A stretch of DNA of 63,125 nt, the filler included, from Reclinomonas americana ATCC 50394 (lineage: Eukaryota): assembly GCA_048213135.1 (NCBI GenBank). It is 17 parts of 17 records of this genome, joined end to end, with 100 filler letters (N's around TTAATTAATTAA, not from the genome) between each part and the next. Parts side by side here need not be neighbours in the genome. Positions count along the whole stretch, not along the records: positions 27,254 to 44,319 come from AFZH01020744.1; positions 44,420 to 46,734 come from AFZH01020745.1; positions 46,835 to 50,854 come from AFZH01020747.1; 14 more parts are not named here. One strand, given 5' to 3'. A program made the translations under genes and the position numbers. Below are positions 36,701 to 48,346 of this stretch, piece after piece. The notes beneath the pieces were generated by a model. The model ran no database searches. It was given only the letters and a program-made list of their open reading frames with translations, and was not told the origin of the DNA. Within the stretch, counting starts at the first letter, position 1, and the number at the start of each line of letters is the position of its first letter.

Positions 36701-39700
36701 AGACGATGACAGAGATGCGAGACAATACGTTCGCTGGTGACGTAGCCGCCGGTAGTGGTCCTAGGAGAAGGAGCGCACCACCACCAGCGGTACCGTGACT
36801 CGAGCCCTCGAGAGTGTTATTCCCGCCGCCGCTGTTAAACATGGACATATTTCCGTCGAACACGCAATCGTCGAGAACCTGCAAGAGTGTGGCATCACAT
36901 TATTGGCAATTGTTCCACTGATGGCAGCGAATAGTGCCGTCATCGAAGGCCAGCTGGACTCACCAGTGATACATCAGCTTTCCGACTTGTCGTGATGAGC
37001 AATGCGCCGCCACCACAAGCCGTTGCACCGCTTGTCCCAGAGTACTGGTTATGGTTTCCGCCGTTGCAGTTCTTGATTGCATTGTTCGAAATGAATGTGC
37101 TGCCGACGATCTGCAGGACATGTGCCACAAGCAATAAGTACATCTACAAGGGATTCGAAAGCAATTCACGACATGTGTGCTCTGACTCAAACCGACAGCG
37201 ATGACCGCGATTGGAGCGCCGACATATGGACTTGGATCGCGCCACCGCCGCTGTACGACGAACCAGAGTCACCAGTGTTTTGATTACCAGAACCACCTTT
37301 TGCATTGTTGGACGCTTTGTTCCTCACAAATGTGCAGTTTTGAATCACGGTCTGCAGCGACCCATGTGGAGCTTGCTGTCAACAAGATAATGCAAACTGC
37401 GAAGCATTGCGTCACAAAGCACAATACCGTTGCAGGGGCCGGGTAGAGTTTCAGCGCCCCACCACCGTGGTATCCGCCTTGCGAATCACCGCTGCCCGAT
37501 CCATTGCCTGAGATGAGGCAGTGAGGACACTCACCACCAGCCAGTGCACGGCAGAACAACTCACCTCCGTTCCCATTGTTATCGGCGATGTTATCCGTGA
37601 AAATGGAGTCAGTCATGTTGAACTGGTGGTGACAAAGGACGCTCATCAGCCGGAGAACTCAAATGAAATCAGAGATATTACAGTAACGTTTCGTGTTTGA
37701 CCTCCGAGCAAAAGCGCGCCACCACCGGCGGCTTGCCCAGTTGCATCGCTTCTTGCAGACGCGTCACTTCCTGTGTACGATAGTCGAATACATGAGCTAC
37801 GAATAACGACCACTATGGTCAGGCAGCTTCGTGATCAGCGTCTCTCACTGACCTCCATTTCCATTGCCCCTAGCAATGTTGCTAGAAAACGTACATCCAC
37901 TGAAGGAAAAGTCCGCAAAAGATCCCCGACTGTACCCTGACCCAACGTTCAACCAGATGGCCCCGCCACCCGTATAACTCCCACTTTGGTACGCATTGCC
38001 GCTTTCCGTGTCACTCACGTTGGATGAAACATTAAACGCTGCCCATACACATACAGTAATCAAACTGAATCAAAACAAAGGCTGCAAGAATGGAGCGAGC
38101 CTGCACATACCAGCAGCGCTGTTCAGCATGGCCACGTTGTCGTGGAAGGTAGTGTTGGTAAAGGAGAATGTTCCTGTCTGTGTGGACAGGCAGTCAGAAC
38201 TTCTCCACAAGGATGACACTGCAATCACGCGATGAGATAATTAATGAAATTACCTCATACTGATACACAGGCGAGTAATTGATCCACAGAGCACCACCGC
38301 CACTGCCCCCCGCTCCGCTGGCTACGTTTCCACTCCACGATCCGCTCCCTGTCAGATTCTCAGTGACTCGATACGCGCTGTCAGCGAAGGCAAGTGTTAC
38401 ACGAAACACACCAGCGCTTCCATTCTTCGTCGCCGTATTGGAGCCAAACGTGGTACCGGTGATACTCAGAGCCACCTACACCCAGTTATTGTTGGCATAA
38501 CAGCAGACGCCCACTTCTTAGCCAGGTCACTCTGTTCAATACGCAACTGCTCGTGATGCGCTGATCAACATGGCGCCTCCCCCATTGAAGCCACCACCAC
38601 TGACAATATCGGTGGTGCCCGTAGTCAAGTCGGCGCTGGATCCGTTGTGAGTGGCGGTGTTGTTAAGGAAACTGGAGGAGCTCACAACAATCGCGCCACT
38701 CTGCGAGCTTCGCGTCATGCGCCATGATGGGGTCGAAGTAATTAATCGTCACACGCAACTCCTGGGGTGTTTGTTGAGATGCGAACGGCTCCTCCACCAT
38801 TCTCCTGGCCTGCGACTGTGGCACTGCTGCCGTTCCCACCAACTCCGCTGCTACCATTGTTGGTGGCCGCATTCGCGACAAACGAGCTCCCGCGAATGGT
38901 GATCGTTCCCTGCTCACACAGGAGGGTCAGCTCTTGTGTGAAGAATCGTCTCACGCGTCGCAGTTAGTCAACGCACAAATGGGGACCGGGCTGTGATGAA
39001 TAATGCGCCGCCGCCATTGGAACCACCGGTGACATCACGCTTGCCTCTGCTGCTGGCGCACGATGCTGCTCGCAACGACATGAAATATAAATGCTGTGGC
39101 CGAGTCTATACAAAACGAACACGAGAATACCCGAGTTTCCATTTTCGGTAGCGTCATTCCAACTGAACAGCGAGTCCACAACGGTGATCAAAGTATTCTG
39201 TGCAACGACTCTTAGAGACACTAAACATGCACCAATCCACCGCTGACCGCAAACCATAGATGATCTTAGAAAAAGATGCGCAGCTCCACCGCCATTTGAA
39301 TGACTCCAGCTGGAGGCATCTCCCAAGACACACATGCCTGTGCGCATGTGTGAAAGTGAATGAGAGAGTGAGGGAGATGGCGACAGATGCTACATAGTGA
39401 CATTCATACAAAACAGACTGCAAGCCATTCAACCATGTGATCTTCTAGACAATACGTTGCTTCTCACAATCTGCAACACTGCTATTATCGCCAGAAAAGA
39501 CGCACATGACACACACCACAACGACACAAGACACCCAGTTGTCCCAAAGAAAACCGTCTTTGATTCATGAACTCACCGCTTCGGCCATTGCCCGTAGCCG
39601 AATTCCCCAAAAATGTCGATTGTTTTATCTGCACCTCGTTCTCGTTCTGTAGGCGCGTGTCGGTAAAAATGAGCAACGAATCCCAGGACAGAAACAAAAT

Positions 39701-40655
39701 TTGCAGTCCGTGCTTACATACCTGCGACGATGACGAATATACAAGCAGCGCACCCCCACCATTGTAATACGAATTGGCACTTCCATTTCCATTGCCGTCA
39801 TTTCCTGCACCAACTATCATGTCATGAACTGCGAATATAACAGATTCCCACCCGTGAGCTCGTCTCAGGCGAACCAGCAGATCCATTGGAACTTGCCGTG
39901 TTGTTGACGAACGAACAGCCGACAACAGACAACGAAAACAGTGACGTCGACGAGTACGACGAAGTTGTTTGAAGTGAGACAGCACCACCGCCATTGTTAT
40001 CGCCAAGTGAGTAGCTTGTTTGGTTCCAGTTTCCGGTGCCTGATTCACACGGTTTACCACGACGGGCAGCCAGTCAAATAGTCAAATACATACGAACCTC
40101 CACAGCCACATGCAGAGCTTGTGTTGTTTGTGAACGTTGAGTTTGTGAAGGATGACGTAATCTGCACAACCCCATAGCGTGAGCTGCACTCAGTGCGGAT
40201 GGAGCGACAATCACCATTCTTCGGTACTCACCGCGGTACTCGCGTACGCAAGGACAGCACCGCCCCCGTTGCCACTGCTTATGGACGACGCGTCTCCTAA
40301 GTTGAAGTTGCCTGTGAACAGAGTCTCTTATGCAGGCAGCCTACAACTGCAAGAGAACGCATGATCTTTCTCTCTCTCTCTCTTCCTCTTAACATACACA
40401 AACATATACCTCCATTGCCGCACTTTGTAACATTGTTGAACGTAAACGACGAGCCAGTCACAAAGATTATCTGCACATATCACGTTGACAATGAGAGCAG
40501 GGCACAGTAGTGCCCAAGTATGCAAATGCGTATCATGTACATACTTGTGTTGTTGTTGACTGCAACGACACGGCACCGCCGCCATTGTTGGAAGCGTAGC
40601 TGGAAGCCGTGCCCGTACTACTGTTGCTATTGCCTGTATCACAAGCAAACACAAT

Positions 40656-40710
<55 letters not shown>

Positions 40711-43700
40711 CGAGAGAGAGAGAGAGGAAACAAAATGAAAGACATAATAGGGGGGTCAGAGAAACATTAGAAGCAGCGTCGCGTTCTCACTGTGACTAGT
40801 GGAATTGCCGAGAGTAACGAACCGCCGCTACCAACACCGCTCACGATGTTTCCGGTAAACACGCTGCTGCGGATCGTCGTTGTCATCTGCGTGGGCGGCA
40901 CTGCGAGTGAATACTGAGCAAGTAACTTCTGGCTCGGAAGCGATCAAAATACACACTGCTGACTTGGAATACGTCAGCCAAGCGCCGCCACCGTGCTTCC
41001 CGCCAAGAGCCACTGACGAAGTGACATTAAATAAACCGCCGCCTGCAGACAAGGCGAGGAAGGCAATGTGTGTGAGAGAGAGCGCAAAAAAACCAGACTC
41101 CACACATTATCGACATTATTCAACTTCCTCCATTTCCCGTGTCGGACACTGTGTTATTGGTGAACGCGCAGCTCTCAATGGTACTCGTCTGTAATGCAGT
41201 TCTTAAATTACACAGATAGCAAGCAAACGCAAGCTGTGGCAAATGTACTCACCGAAGCTATAGTAAAGAAGGCCAACACGGCACCACCGCCAGACCCGAC
41301 GGAGTTGGAGTTATGCGTGCCTCCTGTTGTACCCGCACCTCCGTTCGCACACTGAGACACTCTGTTGGATGTAAAATTGCTGTTGAAAACCTGGACACAC
41401 AAGAAAGGGAAGAGAGAGAGAGAGCACCAGCAGTTAGTGCGCGAATACAAGGAAGGTGAGAAGAAAGACATCAGGTCAGACTCAACTCGAGTACTTTGCA
41501 CATTCCCTAACACCGCCAAGGCTCCACCGCCGCAACCAAAACTTGAGACCGACAGGGCATCGCCACCGCCACTCGCGCTTCCTCCGTTCGCAACGTTGGC
41601 CACCGAGTTGTTCGTGAAAGTGCAGTTAGTCACCTGCAACGCACAGAAGCATGTGAGAAGAAAAGCAAAACGAGCCACGACAAATATGGCACAGAGAGCG
41701 CACTTGTAGCGTCGTCAGAACGATTCGAATGGCACCTCCAGCGCAAGCGTTTCCCGATGTCGCCGACCCGGTCACCGAACTGGCACCGTTGCACATTCCG
41801 ACGATGGCGTTGTTTACAAACGACGACTGGAGCAGCTGGGAACAGCAACAATCACAGAGTGAGAAAAGGAGGAGCAAAAGGCACAAGAGCAACAACGAGA
41901 AATGGGACACACCGTGGCCGCAACCGTAACCACCCACATTGCTCCACCGCCGCTGTTGATGCCTCCTGTGGTCGCCGCCACCGCACAAGTTCCTGACGGG
42001 CACGAGTAGCCATTGGAGCTCGTCGAGACGGTGTTTCCAGAGAACACGGAACCGCTGACGCCGAAGGTATTGCAGCCGCGCACGAATAGTGCTCCGCCAC
42101 CCGACCGACTGAATCCACTGGGCGAGCTGATGTCTCCGTTCCCGCAATTCGACACAGAGTTATCCAGCCACGTGCTGTTGTTGTCATTAAACGTCACGCT
42201 CGTCGGCGTACCATCGCTGACAAACACCGCGCCACCGCCCACATAGTCGTGCGTCAGGCCCGACACTGTGTTGTTGTGGAAAGTGCAAGTGTTCGTCGAG
42301 ACGCTGAGAGATGTTGATCCAGCACCAATCACGCTGATGGCACCGCCGCCAGCGTTACCGACAGAGTTCGCACTCGTGCCTGTGCCCGTGATGGAGTTGC
42401 TGTCGAACGTGGTCGTGTTGAAGCGAACGACTGTCGAAGCGCCAGCCGGGAGAGACACAGCAACGGCAGCACCGGCGGCGTCGATGCCCAACTTGGCGCA
42501 ATCGGTAAAGGTGCTGTTGGTAACTTGCAACGACGAGAACCAGCCCTTCACCAGCAACGCGGATCCGGCCGACTGCGAGGTAGTTGTCGCCCGATGATAT
42601 GCAAACGTGCACTGCCCCACGACAACATCCGGCTGTCGCACAGTGCTCGACAGAGCCGATGCATCGAGCAAGACGGCGCCACCAGACATCGAGTCGACAA
42701 ACTCGCAGCTGGTGAGTGAGACAGAGGCGGCGCCGGTGACGGGCGGCGTCCACGCAACCACAGGCACCGTCTGCGGCCCGCCACGCACAGTCACGCCGAG
42801 CAAGTGGAACTCGGCGGCCTGCAACACGCTGAAGACGCTGCTGCTCGCCGTCGCCGCCACACTGCTGATGGTCACTGCACTGCCGTCCACTGCAGACACC
42901 GTGACATTGCGCCCTGTGCGACAACAGAGTGCGCATGAGCAGCTGACTCATCGTGTATCGTGTAGGCACAACTCTCGACGCACGACTCACCTGTGCTTTG
43001 CAGCTGCGTCGTGGCGGCATCGTAGGTGCCGCCGGTCATGAGCACGAGGAGCGACCATGACTGTGATGACATGTCGAACATTTGCACAGTGGAGCACGAG
43101 GCAAGTGCCTGCGACAGAGTGCATGGCTGAGCGGCCGTCACACCGCACGTGGGCGTGGAGCCAGTTGGCGACACATACACTGCACAAAGAGAGAGAGAGG
43201 AGGACATGAGATACAGCGCACGAGAGAAACATGTGACACACTCAGAGTCGCACCTTGGCACACGAGTGCCGACGATGCAGCATGCACGGTCGACAGTGAG
43301 AGGAGCAGACACAGCGCAAGTGCGAGAAGCAGAAAGCGTGATTTGCCGCGGCGGTTGGAGTCGAATGAAAACTCGTCCATTCTGTGCCTCAACCGACGCA
43401 CAAGCAGAAGTACGGATAGACAGTGTGCAAGACTTCTCACAACGAAAACACGTGGGAGGCGGACAGAAGAAACAGAGGCAATATAGAAATTGAAATGCGC
43501 TGTGCCACCAATGACGGGACACGAATGAATGTGTGACCGCGTGTCCCACTGGATCCAAAGCGGCAACCATCGCTGCTCTCTGCATTCGTAAGAAAGTCGG
43601 GGGTGATGAGCAACTGGCATTACTGTCCCTTGTACACACGTGCGAACAACACACCTGAAACTGATGAAAGCGCAGGTCGAACATGTCACACCACCACCTC

Positions 43701-44142
43701 GACACGCGTACGAGCTCACCGACTCCTGTTGCGTGGAGAGTGCGAGTGGTGAGCTTGTTCCCTGTCATTCTTCAGTGGTGAGAGAACCAAACAAACTGTG
43801 GGTACCGGTCAAACACGCATATGAGTTTCGCCACAAACTCGACACACCTGCAGCGCGCTGTTTTCCCATTGGCTCCTGTTGCGCAAGGGGGGAGAGCGAC
43901 GAGCTCGTTCTGCTTCATTAGTGAGCAACAGTTGAGTGTCTGCGCGTCAGCGTCACCAGATGTCAGCTCCGTGAGTGCCCTCTCCATGTATGCTGGTCTG
44001 ACCAAGGAGGTAAGAGTATCAATCCTAAAAGCTGAGGAGTAAGAGAAAAATAGTAGCCATGAATAAGAGTCGATTCTTCAGCGACGACGGCCAGAGAGAA
44101 CAACCAGATCAACTGACAAACAAGGCAGGTGATCCTGGCCAT
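30752..44142 (-). CDS. Very large surface protein: signal peptide, parallel beta-helix (polymorphic membrane protein-like FxxN...GGA repeats), Cys-rich module, multi-pass TM C-terminus
   Basis: MARITCLVCQLIWLFSLAVVA signal; VYVSPTGS..CG....PC.L..AL; dozens of F..N.A...GGGA(L/I) repeats; CPAG...CLPCP..KY...C..CPEGMSC.GG....PNYW, CP..YC, C..GS.R...LCGAC; TM segments and FGTLYEQYK...WY; stop at 30752. Individual exon boundaries are only partly resolved. Confidence 0.8.
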
Positions 44143-44178
44143 GCGCTGAAGACTCGACGCCAGCAACCTGCGTCGCAA

Positions 44179-44226
<48 letters not shown>

Positions 44227-44604
44227 CGACCACCACCTACTACGTACCGTACGTACCGTCCGTCCGTCCCGTCCGTCCCTCCGTCCTCCGTCCTTCCTCC
44301 GTACTACGACCTACCGACCNNNNNNNNNNNNNNNNNNNNNNNNNNNNNNNNNNNNNNNNNNNNTTAATTAATTAANNNNNNNNNNNNNNNNNNNNNNNNN
44401 NNNNNNNNNNNNNNNNNNNCGGAGGACGTACGTCGGTCCGACCGTCGCGCGTCGACGTAACGTACGACCGACCCGACCGACCGAACCACCTACCGTCGTC
44501 CGCCACCCCCCTACCCCCTCCTCTCTCTCTCTCTCTCTCTCTCTCGCAAGCGCCACCCACTTCATTCGGTAAAGCGGCCTCTCCCTCGCCCTCTCTCTTT
44601 CGCC

Positions 44605-46880
44605 TCACATGAAAATCGCCCCCCACACCACCATGAACTTATCCGCCGACCCCAATGCCTCCGGCAATCCTTTGAGATCCGTGTTGAGCATGGCAGCTCC
44701 CGTGTGGGTGTCGAACACCAGCAACTGCAGCAACTCATTGAGACCCGCAGGAAAAGGGAAAAAGTGGTCAACATGCCTCCCGCACGCTTACCTGATTCGC
44801 CTGTCGAGCACGCAAGACAAAATGAGAGTGAGCAGCAGCTTCCAGGAAGTATAGGGCCAAGCACACTCACCCCTGTCTCCGTGTCGCCCGACGCCGTCGC
44901 ATACATGCTGTCGTCCGCCGAGAAGTCCCCGATCCATTCCTGTTGTCAAGCATGGGAGAGGAGAATGAGTCGCGCAATGTGCTCGGAAAGGCGAGAGCGA
45001 AGCAAACTAGTGATAAGAAAGAGAGTTGATTCCCCATAGTGCGCATGCCGCCAAGCATCACCCTCCGCGGCCGTACAGGAGCAGCGAGAGAAATCGAAGG
45101 AGAAGACCGGAAGTGGTGGAGTATGCCGCTCAAAACAGGCAACGTGCTATTGTCACTCGCGTGCAAAAGGCTTTCCCAGTTGAATGTTCTCCGTTTTCCA
45201 GTGACCACACTCTCACAGTCTTGTTCCAGCTCCCGCTCACAACGCGTCGACTGTCGGGAGCGACGGCAGACCACACAAAACTATCGTGTCCCTCCATCCG
45301 TCTCACTTCTTCGCCACTCGCCATGCACCACACTCTCACTGTCATTGCCTCCACTCTCAACTCTCTTTCTCTCTCTCCCTGTCTATCTCCCTCTCTCACC
45401 CCTACCCGCCTCGTCACGCAACATCCATGTGCACGGTAACATCGCGCGACATGCACGCATGCAGCGTGGCATTCGCCGTCTTCAGATTCACGACACCAAA
45501 CGCAAAGTCGTTGTACGGGTGCTGGCAGACATCATCAAAGCCTTCGATCCACCCAAAGATGTTACCGGAGGCGTCCACTTGCTGTGCGTACCTGCACGTC
45601 TCTCTTATTTGGAGGCGAGGGCTCAGGCAACATGGTGAGGAAAGTGGGCACGCAACTTGTACACCGTAAAGTTGTTCATCTTTTGCGCGGAGAGCATGTC
45701 GCCGGTCTCGGCATTCACGGCAATCAAGCACTGCGGGAGGAGGGGAAGGAGGAGGGGAGGGAAGGAGCGAGGAAGGAGGGAATGGTAATGAATACGTGAC
45801 GAGCGGGAAGGAAGAGAGCATCAGAGAGGAGAGGGGTAGAATAGATTTACAGGAGGGAGGGGGAGAGAGAGAGAGAGAGGACGCGGCAGTCACAGTGTGA
45901 GAGCTGGAGAGTGCCAGAGAGTCAAGTGAGACACAGCGAGACTCAGGGAGTCACAGAGAAAGAGAGACCCTATCTCTGCGCTCACATCTTTCCTTCTCTC
46001 CACCCTTTTCGATCCTTGCAGTCCGCACTCTTCCATCCTGTTTTCCTCTGCATCTTTGCACTCACACGCTCGTTCTCGCTCTCTCTCTCTCCATCCTCGT
46101 TTGCTTCTTTCTCCACTCCCTTCCTCTCCTCAGCCCACCTGATCACTCGCCACCGGACTGCAAGCCTCTCCCGGTGGGCGCAGATCGTACGATCCTTGCA
46201 CCCAGTACGTGCTGCTCTTGGCATCGAAGAAGTGCGCGTCGTCGAGGATGGCCTTGAAGGGAATATCTGTGGGGAAGGGATATGTGTGTGAGAGAGAGAT
46301 ACATGAGGTGGAGGGAGTGCGGAACGCAACCTTTCAAGCCGGTGTACGTGCCGGCTTTGACTTCGGTGTTGAGGCGGCCGAACTGGAAGCAGCCGTCGTC
46401 TGTGGGATGCGTGAGGGATGGAAAGGGATGGAAAGGTACCTAGATAAATGGACTGCGCTGTACAGCTGGCTCTCTTGCACTCATACGTTGCGTGTTCGTC
46501 AACCCCGAGGGCTGCCGGCGTGTCTGTGACCATTTTCCTTCTCACTGAATCTCCTTGCTGTGCCTTGTCTTCTTCCCCTTCTCTTCTTCTTCCTCTTGTT
46601 CTTCTTGTTCTTCTTCCTTCTTCTTTCTCTTCTGCCTTTCTACTTCTAACCCTTCTCCTCGCTTTCGTTTTCTACTCTCACTTTAGCTGCCGTGCTGCTA
46701 TGTTGTAGCTGCTGTATTCGTTGTCGTTGTCGTCNNNNNNNNNNNNNNNNNNNNNNNNNNNNNNNNNNNNNNNNNNNNTTAATTAATTAANNNNNNNNNN
46801 NNNNNNNNNNNNNNNNNNNNNNNNNNNNNNNNNNGCAAAACACACACACACTTACTCTCTCACACTCTCTCTCGCACTCA

Positions 46881-46915
<35 letters not shown>

Positions 46916-47226
46916 TCACTCACACAGAGAGAAACTATCGGAAAAACCTCACACTTTCTCTCTCCTCACTCTCTCTTCCTCACTCTCTCCCTTTCTCTCT
47001 CTCTGCATGTGTGCATATCTCTCTCTCACACACGCACACACACACACACACTCACACTCACACTCTCTCTATTCTCCTTTCCTCTCTTTCTCTCACTCAA
47101 TCTCTCACCAGTGAGGTACACTTGCTGAGTGGCGCCCATTGCACGTTGCACAATACCCATCGACGCCCATGAGGAAAGGCAAAAGAGGAGAAGAAGAGCG
47201 GCGATGAGCGCGCGAAAACGCTGCAT
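44605..47226 (-). CDS. Secreted protein of unknown function, beta-propeller-like (multi-exon, spans one gap)
   Basis: Signal MQRFRALIAALLLLFCLSSWA; exons DDGCFQFG...|DIPFKAILDDAHFFDAKSSTYWVQGSYDL...|CLIAVNAETGDMLS...VYK|YAQQ...FAFGVVNLKTANA...|EWIGDFSADDSMYATASG..|ANQ|LLVFDTHTG...VWGAIFM*, phase-compatible downstream of the gap. Confidence 0.7.
45030..45355 (-). pseudogene. Decayed WD40-repeat gene fragment inside intron 44940-45422
   Basis: SGGND/(frameshift)TVRVWCMASGEEVRRMEGHDSFVWSAVAPDSRRVVSGSWNKTVRVWSLENG, then a second apparent frameshift into FNWESLLHASDNSTLPVLSGILHHF. Confidence 0.65.
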
Positions 47227-47404
47227 GATTGATTGTTTGTTCGGTTTTTCCTAAGAAATTGCAAGTGGTCCTGTGAGAAAGTGGAGGAGAGATGCTCGTG
47301 TTGATGAGGTCCTTGGTATAGAGAAGGAGCTGTGCTGGTAATGGGAAAACACGGGATTCGAACAGTTATGGATATCGATGTCGATGTGCATGCGATCGCG
47401 ATCG

Positions 47405-48250
47405 CTTCTCACTGTAACGTTACGAGGGAGGAACAGTGACCTGCTTCAGGCGATCACACCACTGCAAGTGTGAAAAGTCCACTGTTCGATCTCGCTCCTT
47501 CCGACTTGTCAGCGCGCTCAATGAACGAATCTACAGTCAGCTTCTCACTTGCGATGAGAGGTCTTCACATCCAGACACCATGAGAGGGAGGAACAGTGAT
47601 CTGCTTAAGGCGATCACGCGATCGCAAGTGTGTGAAGTCCACTGTTCAACCTCGCTCCTTACCGACTTGTCAGCGCTCTGCAAACGATTCTGCAGACAAC
47701 TTGTCACTTGCGATGAGAGGTCTTCGCATCCGAACACTATGAGAAGGAGAATGATCTGCTCCAGGTGATCACGCCATCGCAAGCGTGTCTAATCCACTGT
47801 TTAATCTCGTTCCTTCCGACTTATCAGAGAACGAACTTGCTGTCATAACCAATTGGCGAGAAGGAGAAAGGGTGATCTGCGTCAGAAGCACACCATCGCA
47901 AGCGTCCCCAATCTACTGTTTAACCTCGCTCCTTCCGACTTGTCAGCGCTCAACTTCTCACTTGCGATGACCGACACCATTAGAAGAGAAAGATCTGCGT
48001 CGAGGTGCTCGAGCTCACTATCTGAGAACGAACTTCTCCCTCACGTTCAAGTCCACACAAGGACACGGGGAGGAGAAAAGGTGTGCGTCACACCTCCGCA
48101 ATTGCGTCTGATCCACTGCTCAACCTCGAGGTCGCTGTTTCCCACCTGTCTGCTGCTGTCAACTTCTCACTCGCGCCGAGAAGAACACATAGAAGCAGCG
48201 CACTCCACCGCGAGCGTGTCCAATCCATCGCTGAGAACGAACCTGCTGCT
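47405..48250. repeat. Decaying ~159-bp tandem repeat, intergenic
   Basis: GAGGGAGGAACAGTGA at 47425 and 47584, with a variant at ~47742; CCACTGTT.A.CTCGCTCCTTCCGACTTGTCAG recurs 4-5 times with progressive decay. Confidence 0.8.
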
Positions 48251-48346
48251 GCTGTCACGAACGGCGTGTCAACCATCCAAGCAACTGCTGCTGCTACACG
48301 AGCCAAGCGGGATTCGGTGACATGCCGCCATCCTTCAATGACTGTG

